Assembly (NCBI GenBank): GCA_951406725.2
Contig: OX597822.1
Coordinates: forward strand, 24,738,001 to 24,802,000
DNA: 64,000 nt
Origin: Octopus vulgaris
Lineage: Eukaryota
Direction of reading: 5' to 3'
Shown: positions 1 through 12,578 of the stretch, piece by piece
How the letters are laid out: the number at the start of each line of letters is the position of its first letter
Numbering within the stretch: the first letter of the stretch is position 1
The notes under the pieces: generated by a model
Database searches by the model: none
Told to the model about the DNA's origin: nothing
What the model saw: the letters and a program-made list of their open reading frames with translations, nothing else
Program-made: the position numbers and the translations under genes

Positions 1-200
1 GTGAGATACTGAATCAGAAAGAGTGAGATAAACTGAATTTTATAAAAAAGCATAAAGATGAATTGTTAATTAATGCTTTAGCCTTCAGTATCATAAATTA
101 TTGTAAATTACTAATCAGTATGCTTATAATCTATGCAAATTTGGATGAATTTTGTCAGCAACTAAATTTATTGAAATATGAAGAAGAAATTAAGTTTTAC

Positions 201-275
201 CTTGTAACAACTCTTCTGTGAATGATTTTCAAAATCATAATTCTTTCAGCAGCATCTTGTAGAAATTCACAAGTT
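201..275 (-). CDS. FHOD: FHOD FH2 exon (75 nt): TCEFLQDAAERIMILKIIHRRVVT(R)
   Basis: ttacag|A...AAG|gtaaaa; matches the FHOD AERIIILKIVHRR motif. Confidence 0.94.
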
Positions 276-884
276 CTGTAAATAAATACGGAAATTTAGG
301 ATAAGTTTTTTATATATACATTTGCCTTAATGCTTATGAACAATAATTTCAACAAGGACGTGAGAAGATAAAACAAAGTCTATATTAAAGCTATTGATTT
401 AAAGGAACTAACAAATTAAAAGCTATTATTCCTGTTAATCTATAATACATATTGTGATTGTGACCCCCTTCGGTCATGATTTGGCTACTATTTATAGCAG
501 AAATTGAGCAAGGTTCTTTTGTTTGGTCAGTATGAGCAGGAGAGGTGGTTGAAAAATGAAGGAGATGCAATGTGAATAACAGGAATGTTATTTGCTGACA
601 GTGGAAAGTAGCCATGGTTGATGCATTCATAAGAAGTGATGGAAGTTAGATCTTTAGATGTTGCACTTCACAAGATATGGAGAACTAAAAATAGTAGTGA
701 TGTGCAATACAGAAGATATGTCCAACCCATGCCAAAAAGGAAAAACAGACATTAAAATGATGACGACAATGACAACAGCAATGATGATGACAATGATGAT
801 AAGAACACAAATAATGATGATAATGATGAATTATCTACACTGAGAAATTGTAAGTTAAGGTTTATTTTTTTTATATATATGCTT

Positions 885-1230
885 GGTTTGAAGGAAGAAG
901 TTGACTTTCTTGTTGAAAAAACAGGGAGGGAATTACAGAGGGATATAACAATCTGGAGAAGAATGATTAGCCACAATGGATAATATCTCTGTGAGTATAT
1001 ATATGTGTGGAGAAGAACATGATGTGGATGACTAGGGACAGAGTAAAGTTTTGAGTTGTGTAAGCTTAAGTGGGACTAACACAAAACCAGTGAGCTTTGA
1101 AGAATAGAAACTAATGAAGTAGTGTTTGAAAAGGCAGAGTGAAGAGACATTTGCAGGGCCCAGAGAGTGGAGTGGAGTGAGTGATTCCAAGCTTAATTCA
1201 TCAATAAATTGTTGGTCTAGTACTACCAAG
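885..1230 (-). mobile_element. Old degraded CR1/L2-like LINE 3' fragment
   Basis: Broken frames give NVSSLCLFKHYF and SLCNSLP, resembling the ORF2 C-terminal motifs RR..SL.LFY.Y and WNSLP. Confidence 0.4.
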
Positions 1231-1423
1231 TTGTCCTTCTGTCATACACTGTTGCTATATTGTGGACATATTTGCAATTTTTTAAAGAATTTATTTCAAT
1301 AGAAGTAATCAAAATATTTCAAGTACATGTGTCAATGATACCGTCCATACTGTGTCTATGCTATTTATTTATATGCTTATTATTAAATTACTTGTTTTGT
1401 AATTAAGGTTATAATTAACTTAC

Positions 1424-1539
1424 TTGCTCTTCAAGGCTGAGCATCGGTCGTGTTTCACAACTGCTTTTAAGTGTTCCCAGGAATTTTTACAATCTAATTC
1501 CATTTTCTCCAGCTTCTCAGCAAGTTCATCCCAATCAAT
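1424..1539 (-). CDS. FHOD: FHOD FH2 exon (116 nt): IDWDELAEKLEKMELDCKNSWEHLKAVVKHDRCSALKS(K)
   Basis: tttttag|ATT...CAA|gtaagt. Confidence 0.95.
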
Positions 1540-2279
1540 CTAAAAAAATTCAAAGACAAAATTCCAATAAAATCAATAAAAATTACTTTTTGGAACATGT
1601 CCAGTTAAATTCAGTGAGACAAGCAGACTTAAGTTCCTTAGCCAAAGGTACAGTATATGCATTGGCTGTAATAAGATTAGAATTTGTGATGAGCTCCTTA
1701 AGCTCATAGCTATAGTAAACTAATTTTAAATCAAAAATTTTATAAGATTTAATGATTAAGTTAAGGTACTTAAAAAATAATTATGAAAATAAAATATGAA
1801 CATGAATAAATATAGTATATTTTTAAACAGAATTTTTATATAGAACAGAAGAAAAGTTTTAACTCTTCAGATACCATCTTGCCAGAAGCTGCCCCTGGTT
1901 TTATTATACAAATTCCACGTTTTAAAAAAGTAATTTTCTATTAAAACTTCATGTTTATTTATGTTTCAAATACCAATTTAATAATGACAAAATTATTCTA
2001 CTAAATTTTTCATTATCTTCAAAATTAATTGAAACTAAGGTAAGGTATCTTAACGGAAATTTTGTAATAAAAGGTTTAAAGTGATTTAAATTAAGACCTT
2101 CCATCAAAATTTCATCAAAATTTTTGATGGAAGGTTTTAATGGTAAAATTATTGTACTAAATTCTTTGTTATTTTCAAAATTAATTAAATTAAAGACAAG
2201 TACGTTTAAACATAAATATGGTGATAGTGAACATTTTGAATGGAAATACAAATAGGAAGATATATTAATATCAACTTAC

Positions 2280-2441
2280 TTTTGCACACCGGTTAATGGC
2301 CCCAATCTCTGAATAAAGATCTGTACCATCTGGGAACTGCTCAATGATGATGGTGCATAAATGATGAAGTAAAGAATGTTTATGGACTGTGTCCTTCACT
2401 TCTGGTACTTTAGCCAAGTAATCTATTGTAAAGCCTTGTAC
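2280..2441 (-). CDS. FHOD: FHOD FH2 exon (162 nt): VQGFTIDYLAKVPEVKDTVHKHSLLHHLCTIIIEQFPDGTDLYSEIGAINRCAK
   Basis: tttcag|GTA...AAA|gtaagt. Confidence 0.96.
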
Positions 2442-3042
2442 CTGAAACAGACATTAATAGGGGAGATATCATTTCATGAAGAGTGGTTGAGTAAAAGATA
2501 TCTGCGTTTGCTTGTGGTGAGGCTTCTGCTGATTTTCAAATCATCTTGTTCAGATAATCCAGTTTAGAATCACAGCTTAACTATATTGTCATAAAAAGAA
2601 AAGGCCAGCTATGACAAATTAAGTGTGTCATCATAAAATGTATTAATGCCTACATGAGCATGGTTCAACCAATCAGATTGACTAGTGTGTAACCAAAGAA
2701 GCAGTAGACTTGAAACCAGTTTTGTGGATTTTCTCTTCTAATAGTCTTGTCGAAGGTTCTGGAAGCTTAACTGAATGTTATAAAAAGCTAAGGTACTGAA
2801 CACCCAAACAGAACATCCTCAGGTGCTACACAGAACTGAGAGATTGACAGAGAGAAAGATAAAGTAAGAGGGAGAAAAAGAGGGGAGGGAGGGAAGGACT
2901 GTAAGTTCAGTTATCTTTCAAAAGAATAATTTTTTTTAATCATATGAAATTATAATGATTCAAATAAAATGAAGGGAATTAAGGAGACTAATGGAATAAT
3001 CATAAAAACAAAAATATCAAAAAATAAAGCTGTATATCTTAC

Positions 3043-3162
3043 CTGTGTACCATTCAAGAAACTACCAATAGCTAACATTGCAGATAATATGTACTTGAAT
3101 GTTTTATTAACAAGTAATTCTTCAATTCCTTTCTTCAAGTCCATTAATGGTTCTGCAATTTC
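3043..3162 (-). CDS. FHOD: FHOD FH2 exon (120 nt): [40 protein letters not shown]
   Basis: ttccag|GAA...CAG|gtaaga; GNxMN-type FH2 motif present as GSFLN. Confidence 0.96.
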
Positions 3163-3339
3163 CTGGAAGAGAAACAAGGAGGGACCAGTTATTTAAAACA
3201 CATCCATACTTGGCTGAAAGTTAACATTTATTATAGGCAAAGCAAATAAAGCGAATTGGGTGGGTTGATAAGATATTTAACTAACAGTACATGAGATTGT
3301 GTTCTTTTTAAAAAAATAAAAAAAATCAATCTTTCTTAC

Positions 3340-3525
3340 CTGTTCTAGCGTTTCATAATCTAATTTGAACAACCATAGGCGAAGCCGTGCCTGCAGCTCA
3401 CTTATAGATGATAATATAAGAAGGAACTGCTCAGCAGTTCCCAGGGGTGTGTCAGGATACAACATCTGCGCATCTAAAATCTGAGTTTTCTCTTCATCAG
3501 CTGGGATCATTGTAAACAATATTTT
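3340..3525 (-). CDS. FHOD: FHOD FH2 exon (186 nt): KILFTMIPADEEKTQILDAQMLYPDTPLGTAEQFLLILSSISELQARLRLWLFKLDYETLEQ
   Basis: ttccag|AAA...CAG|gtaaga. Confidence 0.96.
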
Positions 3526-4356
3526 CTGGAAGCAGAAGAGAAAATATTTCAGAATAATCAAAGAATACAAGAAATAAAATAAACACATGCAAAGCTTGAT
3601 GAACTCTATCTCTCTCTCTCTCTATACAAACACACACACTTACTAGCTGAGTATCTTGTTGTTGCTAGGTAATTTTCACAACAGATTGCCTTGGCAAACT
3701 TTCGAAATAGCAGACCTACATAAGTTTGATTTTCTCTGTTTTGATGGAGATTTTTCCAATTTTTCCCCTCACTACATCCTTGTAAATGATGGGAAGCTTT
3801 TTATGAAAAAAATTTTTTGAAAATTTATGAATCCCATCTCCTCTCCTTGAGGACTAATTTTATCTAATTTTTTGCACTATGCACTTAAAAATAACGGAAG
3901 AACTAAAACAAAAAGAAATTTATGAAATTAGCAATCATCATTACAATCCCTACTTCCTTTATTTTCAAGCAGTAAATGAAATGTAATTTGAAAACAATAG
4001 TGAAGTTTAAAAAAATTTTTTATCCACCCTGCAACCTTGTAAGTCCTAAAAGTTTGGCATTTTTCAAAGTACTTTTTAATCATAGTCTTAAAATATAGAC
4101 TGAATCTGCAATTTGTTTCTGTTTATAATTTCAAAATAATTTTTAGATGAAAAGGTGTGTGATTTAAGGAAGATATTTTTGTTTCTAGCACATCTCATGA
4201 CCACCTGGTACCTTCCTTGTTTCTTTGTTACATATATTGATATTTTAAAATATTTTTTCCCTCAAACACATTTTATGGAATGATGATGTGGTGGTCTATT
4301 ACTGGGATTTACATTTTTAATCTTAAACTTTTAATCCATACCCAGCACCAATTGAG

Positions 4357-4397
<41 letters not shown>

Positions 4398-4863
4398 ATG
4401 TGTAAGAAAAAATGTATTTACTAACAGAAAAATATGCTTTTAAAATAAATGTTCTTTTACATCCCTTTTTAAAATCACTGTCACCCTAATGAAATTCCTT
4501 ACACACATGCATGCACACTGAAACACACACACACACATATGGTGTGAGCAATATACTTTTATTGGAAGTAAGCAAGTTTTACCATGAGAAAATGAAAGAG
4601 ATAAACAAATAGAGATATTTCTGTTGGTGTCACAGATTTTGAAATTTTAAAATTAAGTAATGATTTCAAGATTTGGTATATTAATGTACTAGATTTGATG
4701 TGTATATAAGCAGATTGGCTGCTCCCTCTGGGATTTGGTCAAATAATGTAGATAGCCCTTATAAAACATGAACAAGGGTTGAAAATTGATTAAGGATCTT
4801 CATAAATTTTCCAAGGTAAAACATGCCATATTTAGTGTCTGTAACTATGAAATAAGAACTTAC

Positions 4864-5022
4864 TTCAATTCCTTCTTTGTTTATTACGGAACTATCCATT
4901 TTTAATATAGCAGCTTTGATTGTACGAGGTGGAGGCAACACCTTGAGACCAATGTTGATTGCATTTGAGCGCTTTGGATCCAGGACTGTGATTTCTTTCT
5001 TGGTTGATGTATCAGCCTTCTG
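4864..5022 (-). CDS. FHOD: FHOD FH2 exon: (Q)KADTSTKKEITVLDPKRSNAINIGLKVLPPPRTIKAAILKMDSSVINKEGIE; tandem acceptor (exon may start at 5022, 5019 or 5016)
   Basis: tcttcTAG-CAG-AAG acceptor; donor GAA|gtaagt. Confidence 0.95.
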
Positions 5023-5991
5023 CTAGAAGAGGAAGGTAATTATACGGATTAAATTTGAACTAGAAAATGTGTTTTGAATTTTTTACTCATCTTTTTCTTT
5101 TTCTTTACCTAGTTTACATTGTTACTTTAGTAATAAAAACTAAGTTCAAAACAAAAACTAGATACTAGAAAATTAAGAAATCACTATTTTTAACTGTCAA
5201 AATTGAGTCATTTTCTTAGTTTTATGGATCAAAACTCATAGAAGACAAAGGACAAAATATTTAATTAATCCTTATACTAATATCTAAAACTTTATATATT
5301 CATTAAATTCTGATTAAGCCTATCATCTATCATTGTAGAATATAAATTCTTTTACAACTCTAAATTATATATATATATATATATATATATACATTGCTAT
5401 TTGTCTTTCTTGATTTATAACTGCTTTTTGTCCCCCTTTTTATTATTTTCTAAGGAGCTGCTTACAATAAGCTTATTATTGTTATTATTATTAATATTTT
5501 TACTTTTGATTACTTCATCAATAACCATTTAAAAATAATAAAATTTTCAACAAAACATGTGATTTTTTTCTTTCAGATGATGATGAGAGGCTGAAGAAAA
5601 AAAAAAGGAGGAGGAAGAAAATAAGGAAGAAAGGGATAATAATGATAAAAAAAGGAAAAGTGGTTTTTAGTGGACTGGTGGTAGGTTGTGGGAGGGTGGG
5701 AGGATGGAGCAAAAACAAGATGGATATGAATGTGATGAAATGATATAAAATTAAAATCAAGGAAAAAGAAATTAAAATTGATAAAAAGAAAAAGAAAAAA
5801 AAGAAAGAAAAGGAAACCAAAATTAAAGAGTTTACAAAACAAAAGAGAAAAAAAACTGGAGTAAAAATAAAGATAGAAAATTATAAATAAATTTAAAAGA
5901 TATGTCAGTTCTACATACTATTGAAACGAAAATTTCTAACATGCAATATAGTAGAACAAAGGTGAAAAGAAAAAAAGTGTAAAGAAGTAAA

Positions 5992-6035
<44 letters not shown>
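5992..6035. repeat. (TAC)n microsatellite
   Basis: Directly visible. Confidence 0.95.
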
Positions 6036-6898
6036 TTTCAAACCAGATTCTTGCTATGTGGTCGAATGTTCGGAAAGTGATAACCATGCAAAAGGTGGAG
6101 GTGGTTGTGTTGGTGGTGGGTACAGAAGCAGTAAGCTGACAGTGAATGTGTCTGCAGGTTGCTCTTGCAGAACACATACATATACATACATACAGTAAAC
6201 ACACTCAGAGTTGTAATAAATCTCTTCTGATGAGCCTCAGGATGAAACTGGTGGTGTTTTTACATTCGTGCATCTGTGCACTTCAGTGTGAAAATGTCTG
6301 TAGTTCTCTGCTGTTTGCATTGCTACATTGTTGATCTTCAAAATTCTTGCATTTTTTTTTTTCAATATTTTACTTTATTATTATTATTATTGTTTTCTTG
6401 GCTACTAGCTGTAAGCTGCTTTACATTGCCATTTTGACTAACAGACTGACAGCAAGAGCATTGAGGTGGGGGCATGCTTTTGAGGCATTTTTTGTAGCAG
6501 ACTCTCCAATGACCATGTCCGCATCAGGCAGGCAAAAGCCAGCTTTGCATAATGCTTTACACATGGTCTGCTTGGCAGACAAACGATTTGTATTTCACAT
6601 AATGCACCACACACACACACACACAATTTTGAATTTTTCTGCACAAAGCTGCTTTAATTGAAATAAGATAGTGTTTTTTTTTTTTCAAAATGAGTTTTTG
6701 GATAGCTTCTAGCTTCTTTGCTAAGCTCTTTATATGCAAATTTTTCAAAGTATCACAGATGTGATATAGAAAGATAAAAATCAAGGTAGCCCAAGAACGC
6801 AGATAAATGCAAAGCAAAGCCCTTGTTTTACACACATTTTTATCTCTGCAAGTGTATTTGCTATTAAAGATTTATCTGAAGCCATTTAAAACCCGATC

Positions 6899-6970
<72 letters not shown>

Positions 6971-7399
6971 ACACCAAAGATATTTTCTGTTTCAAGGAAA
7001 ATTCTGACATTTTGCTAAAAATTTGTTGGATATTTTCCAATTAGTCAGAAGAGTAACATGTATTCAATGAAAAGTTAAACACTGGAGTTTTTCTCATTAA
7101 TAAATAATAAATAGGTATTATATTTATCTTAAAAATAAATTGTGTGTGTTTATTCATCTTAGAAGTAAACTGTACGTGTATATTAAAATAAATTATTAAC
7201 CAATCATTTCTTTTTGAGCTACAATGGATGATTGTAGCAATACAACATATAGAGACTTTGTTGTATTAAGAGCAGAATATCTGGATCTCACTCAGGTAAA
7301 AATGGTAGTCCATCATAGGTAAAAAAAAATCTCGTACCAGAGATGACCAGAGGCACATAAAATTAAATATCCAAGTGTGATCATTGCCAGAATGGTTAA

Positions 7400-7718
7400 T
7401 TGGCTTCCATGCCAGTGGCACGTAAAAGGCACCATTCGAGCGTGATCGTTACCAGCATCGCCTTACTGGCACCTGTGCTGGTGGCATATGTAAAAAGATT
7501 CAAGCGAGGTCGTTGCCAGTACTGACTGCCCCCTGTGTCGGTGGCATGTAAAAGCACCCACTACATTCTTGGAGTGGTTGGTGTTAGGAAGGGCATCCAG
7601 CTGTAGAAACTCTGCTAGATCAAGATTGGTGCCTGGTGCTGCCATCTGGTTCGCCAATCCTCAGTCAAATTGTCCAACCCATGCTAGCATGGAAAGCGGA
7701 CGTTAAACGATGATGATG
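7400..7718 (+). mobile_element. Non-autonomous retroposon with tandem tggcacgtaaaa subunits and (GAT)n tail (RTE-partner type)
   Basis: Related copies at 40565-40883(+), 38885-39063(+), 38378-38570(-) and 12235-12420(-); shared aggaagggcatccagctgtagaaa and cgttaaacgatgatgat end. Confidence 0.8.
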
Positions 7719-7797
7719 GTGATTATCCTCAAATGTGAGCTGATCTCAAAACCTGCAAGTTCAATGTGCTATCCATCCAGTTGTGTGTGTTTGTGTT

Positions 7798-7862
<65 letters not shown>

Positions 7863-8871
7863 CTGCACACACATTTAGAGCCTATATTACAAAGATTTTA
7901 AAGAGTATTAAAAGGAGGGTTAAAACTGAGACTTGTTAGGGAGAGTTATCACTGATAGTATTCGGGTAGGGAAAATATGTCACTTTAAAATAGTAAAATA
8001 AAATAGAGTTCAAGTATAATGGGCAACATAGTTTTAAATTTATTAGCAGAATTACCATCATTTGTAGGTTTACACTATTTGTGAGCAGATATTTTAGTAA
8101 GTGGTCATTGCCGGCATATTAGAAGGATGTCTAAAACTGTATTGTTTTTTCCTATCACTATTCATCAAAGTGTTGGTGACTTTGGAGATAGTCACAGAAT
8201 GAGAATTCTAGATAAAATAGTCTAGCCTGAATCTTGCTTAACAGCTGAAAAGGGGTCTAAAGAAATTAAAACTGGAGTCAATAGGAAACTGAGCCCTTCT
8301 GAGAGTGCTATTAAAAGATACTAAGAGCAACATAGAACATTAGCAGCTGATTTGGCTGACATGTTAAAGACCAGGAGCAATGCCTTTGTCAGAGGCTGGA
8401 AAAATGCACAAGATCCAATCCAGCTCTATGCATTCTGGTAGTAATGAAGAGAATTAAATAATTAAAATAATATGTTCATATAACAGCAAATTGCTGAGTT
8501 TAAAATTTTTAAAATCAAAAATGAAATTGGATAGGATCAAGATCAGTAAGTATTTAAGAAATTTCTAGTAGCAGATAATTTGTTGCAAGTATTGTGTTAT
8601 AATTCTCAGGCAACACATATCCCTTTGCTAGCTTCAATGTCCTTCGTAATAAGAAGGGACATAAATCCAGCTGTCCAAAAGATCCAGCTGAACAATTTGT
8701 AAATGTGTACATTTGTTTTATGTACATTTTTTCTCAACGCTGGCATGAGTTAGATCAATATATATATATATATATATATATGATGAATTCACTTAGGTAT
8801 AAAGTTGTTAGAACTCAGTATGGTTATGCTTTAGAGTAGGTGATTAATTACAAACTCCTGTTCTATTATTC

Positions 8872-8907
<36 letters not shown>

Positions 8908-9846
8908 TGAATATAGAGATATTCTATTGACAATCCAATAATTTATTTATATTAGAATTAAATACATTAAATACTATGAATATAACATGACATAATATTA
9001 TATAAATAATTATAAAACTGTAAAAGGCCAACAAATTTCATCAGTTGGTTACTTTATATATATGTATACACACTCACACACACAACATAAGTGTTTGTGG
9101 ATTTGTTTTACATTTATTCTTTCCTATGTAAGCAAGAGCTAGTTCAGATCATGTCTATCTATCTCCCTCACATTCTATTCATACACACACACACAAAACC
9201 ATCACACAGGGCAAAATGAATGTAAAACAGTAAGAAATAAAAATCCTGTATTTCTGTCTGTTAAACTCTTCAAGGAGAATTTATAATATTTGAGCATGTA
9301 TTTTCTTAGGTAAATTTTCTAAGTGGATCTGGATATGAGGGGGGGGGGGGGGAGTTGTAGTCAAATTGATGATCCATCTTGAACTACAATTTCACAGAAA
9401 TAGATCTATTTTTTCTCTTTGTAAGCAGTTCTGATAATGGTATTTCTGAAGTCTTTATTTGAAGAAAATAAAATGAAATATAAAAAAAAAATGAAAACAA
9501 AAGAAAAATGAAGAAAATTCAGACAGAACCCATGCATTAAAAAAGGGAAGAAAAAGAAAATGACTGTATGTGTAAAGATGAAAAATAAAAATGAATCATG
9601 AATATTTCTGGATGAGGGTAGGGAGGAAGAGTCGAAGTTGATGATTTCTTGGGAAACGGTAAATGGCTGATGGAGAAAGAAAATGAAAACAACACTTTAC
9701 ATAAATATCAGAGAGGCTTGCATTTTAAACACATTTCTGTGCAACAAAGCACAATCTTAGACTATGGATATAAGAAATAGCAAACAAAATTATTTAATTT
9801 ATAATTTTTTTTAAATATCCCAAAGAGAATTCAATAAACTTAAAAG

Positions 9847-9877
<31 letters not shown>

Positions 9878-11553
9878 AAAAAAAAGCATAGAGTTACAAA
9901 AGTTACTAAAAGGTAGGGGGAAAGCAATTAAAACTAAAAACCCAAAACCACACACACAAAAAAAGATCTTTTAGTAGATAGAACTTAAGCTGTTTCAGAC
10001 ATTAAGAATAAAAATCCTTAAAATTTAGATTTTCATTCGTGTTTAAAGCTGTTTACAGTTTAGATGGAGTCACCCTTGAAGCCTTTTCAGCTTAATAACC
10101 TACTATGGTGACAAAAGTAGTCTGATATGTTAACTGGAATTAAATTTAAAATCGTTTTTGTTAGAATAACAATATCTTAAAGATCTCATATTTTCATTCG
10201 ATACATTTCTTTACTCCAGTTTCTTTTAGTATTAAATTAATCACTCTTTATATCATCTAAACAAAAGATCAGAGTGAAACCAGGTTGGATGCAGTACATG
10301 GGTTTGTGCTATGTTTAGCACATTCATAAGTTTCTATCAATTTATCGGCAGTGCATTTAGTGTTGAATTATAATTAATTTATTGGCTTCATTCTACTTGG
10401 CAATAAACTTTTAATACATATAGAAACGAATTGCTTCCCCTTAGTACATATTTGGATTTATTTATAATTATAATATGATTGAATTTGTAGAGAAAATGAT
10501 GAACCCTCCGGGTGATTTCAACATAAAAGCATCCAGTGGTTCAAACAATTAGACGACCTACTCATTGATTAACTTATGAAATGGCTGAGTATTCCACAGA
10601 TGTATTAAGTATCCCTTGTGTAATTCTCAAGTAGAATCAGCAGAACACATTGAATTGAAACTGAGCCTTTGAATTACAGAGTCCATCTGATGGTCTTCTA
10701 CAGTTTCCGTTTACCCAGTTACACTCAAAAGACTTCAGTCGATCCAAAGTTAAAGACACTTTCCCAACAAACCATTCAGTGGTATTGAACTTGAGACCTC
10801 CTGGTTGCAAAGTGAACTGCTTAACCATTAAGCCATTCCGACATCCATTGAGAAGAAAAGTAAACTGAGACAAAATAATATCTTTTTCAGTGAATACTGC
10901 AGAAAAGTGTTGATTTAATATAAATTTTATGATATTGTCTCTCATATCTAACAAAGAGCAATCATAAAAATAGGTTTTGCTATTGTTTCCTAAACTATAT
11001 ACAATTCAACAGAAATCTTAATAAACCATTGCAGTTTGTCACACAACACAGCACACAGTATAATATGCTTGTAAATAAAATTAACTTCACAAAATACAGC
11101 CTTAAAAAGATAACATATTTCAGCTTTGCAAAAGAAAAAAAAAGATCGGCCAGAAAAATCTTCACACATTTTCTGTAAAACGTTAAAAAAAAAAAAGGGA
11201 GAAGCACAAGAAAACTTAAGTAAAAAAAAATGGAAAATTTGCTTATATTAATAATCCAAGAGTTTACTTTTAGTTTAGTATGAAACTTTCAATTAAGAAT
11301 CAATACTAATTTGTTTTCATCCATTTTTATTTCTCTCTGGCAATGGTTAGTATCCATTGCGAAGAAACACCAGAGAGAATACGAAAGAGCACATGAGAGG
11401 TATTACTTTTCTGTTGCATGAAGTAGCTTCACCTGTAGCAGATGTTATTGCAGCTACAAATCAAGAGCAGGCCTTGTAGCTCACATGTGAGCCTAGCAGA
11501 GATGATTACTGGACAAGAACAAGAGCTGACAACAATATATATATAGATATATA

Positions 11554-11971
11554 TCTATTATAAAAAATCCATTCTGTTCTGTCTGTGTGTGTGTCTTCTA
11601 GGATCTCGGGCATCCTCCATCCGATTGCGCTCAAATTTGATATGTAGATACTGACGGTATCAGGGGTGTATAATTTTTGAAAAAATTACAAAAATTGATT
11701 CCAGGTGAGAATGCGATCGATAAAGCCGTGGGAACGTATATTTGTATGCACAAGTACATCAGCTGTTGCGATTGATACTACGCGTACGCAAGAAAAATGC
11801 ACGTGCAGTTTGCGCAAAGAAAGAGGGCCTGTTTGGTGTCTCAAATTTAGGTTAAATCAGTGTTTCTCAAAGGGGAGGCCTATGGGATCACCGGACAAGT
11901 TGTTTTGAGAAAATTTGGTTTAAATGTTTGACAACTCAGCACCGTCCATTGGGCGTCGGGTGTTTTGCTAG
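11554..11971 (+). mobile_element. Non-autonomous Helitron-like element
   Basis: Starts TC, internal tctg/tg microsatellite, subterminal hairpin gcacc...ggtgt, ends CTAG, inserted between A and T. Confidence 0.6.
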
Positions 11972-12474
11972 TATATATATATATTAGGGGTTACAATAGT
12001 CAAGGAACATACCAAATGAAAACTGAAGAAAAGGTTTTCATTTCAGGACCCTTTATAGTGATGCGTTTTTATGTTTCAGTCTTGACTACATAACTAAGCA
12101 TGCAATTAAAATTTCAGTAACTGCATAATTATATTTACAAATATTATTTTACTGACAACTTTTTTTCTAAAATTCACAATGATATCTTTTTTTAAAGAAT
12201 TATATTGGAATCTTTCCTCAAACTATATACATATCATCATCATTGTTTAGCATTCATTTTCCATGCTGACATGGGTTGGACAGTTCAATAACAACCGATA
12301 GCCAGAGGACTGCACCAAGTTTCAAAGTCTGCTTTCTATGGCTGGATGCCCTTCTTAATGCCATCCACTTTACAGAATGTACGTGGTACATTTTGGTTGT
12401 ACTGGTGCTAGGGAGGTCACCAAGTAACTCACAAGACAAGAGCCCTTAAATGAGTTGGGGTGTAATAAATATAT

Positions 12475-12518
<44 letters not shown>

Positions 12519-12542
12519 AGTGAGAACCTGTCACTTCTGTGA

Positions 12543-12578
<36 letters not shown>

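Noticed and set aside
6228-6255. ctgatga...gaaac hammerhead-like motif
   Set aside because: Stem II is imperfect and there is no stem I complementarity
10990-11172. Strong acceptor followed by about 60 open codons (possible alternative terminal exon)
   Set aside because: T-rich low-complexity peptide with no donor or homology support
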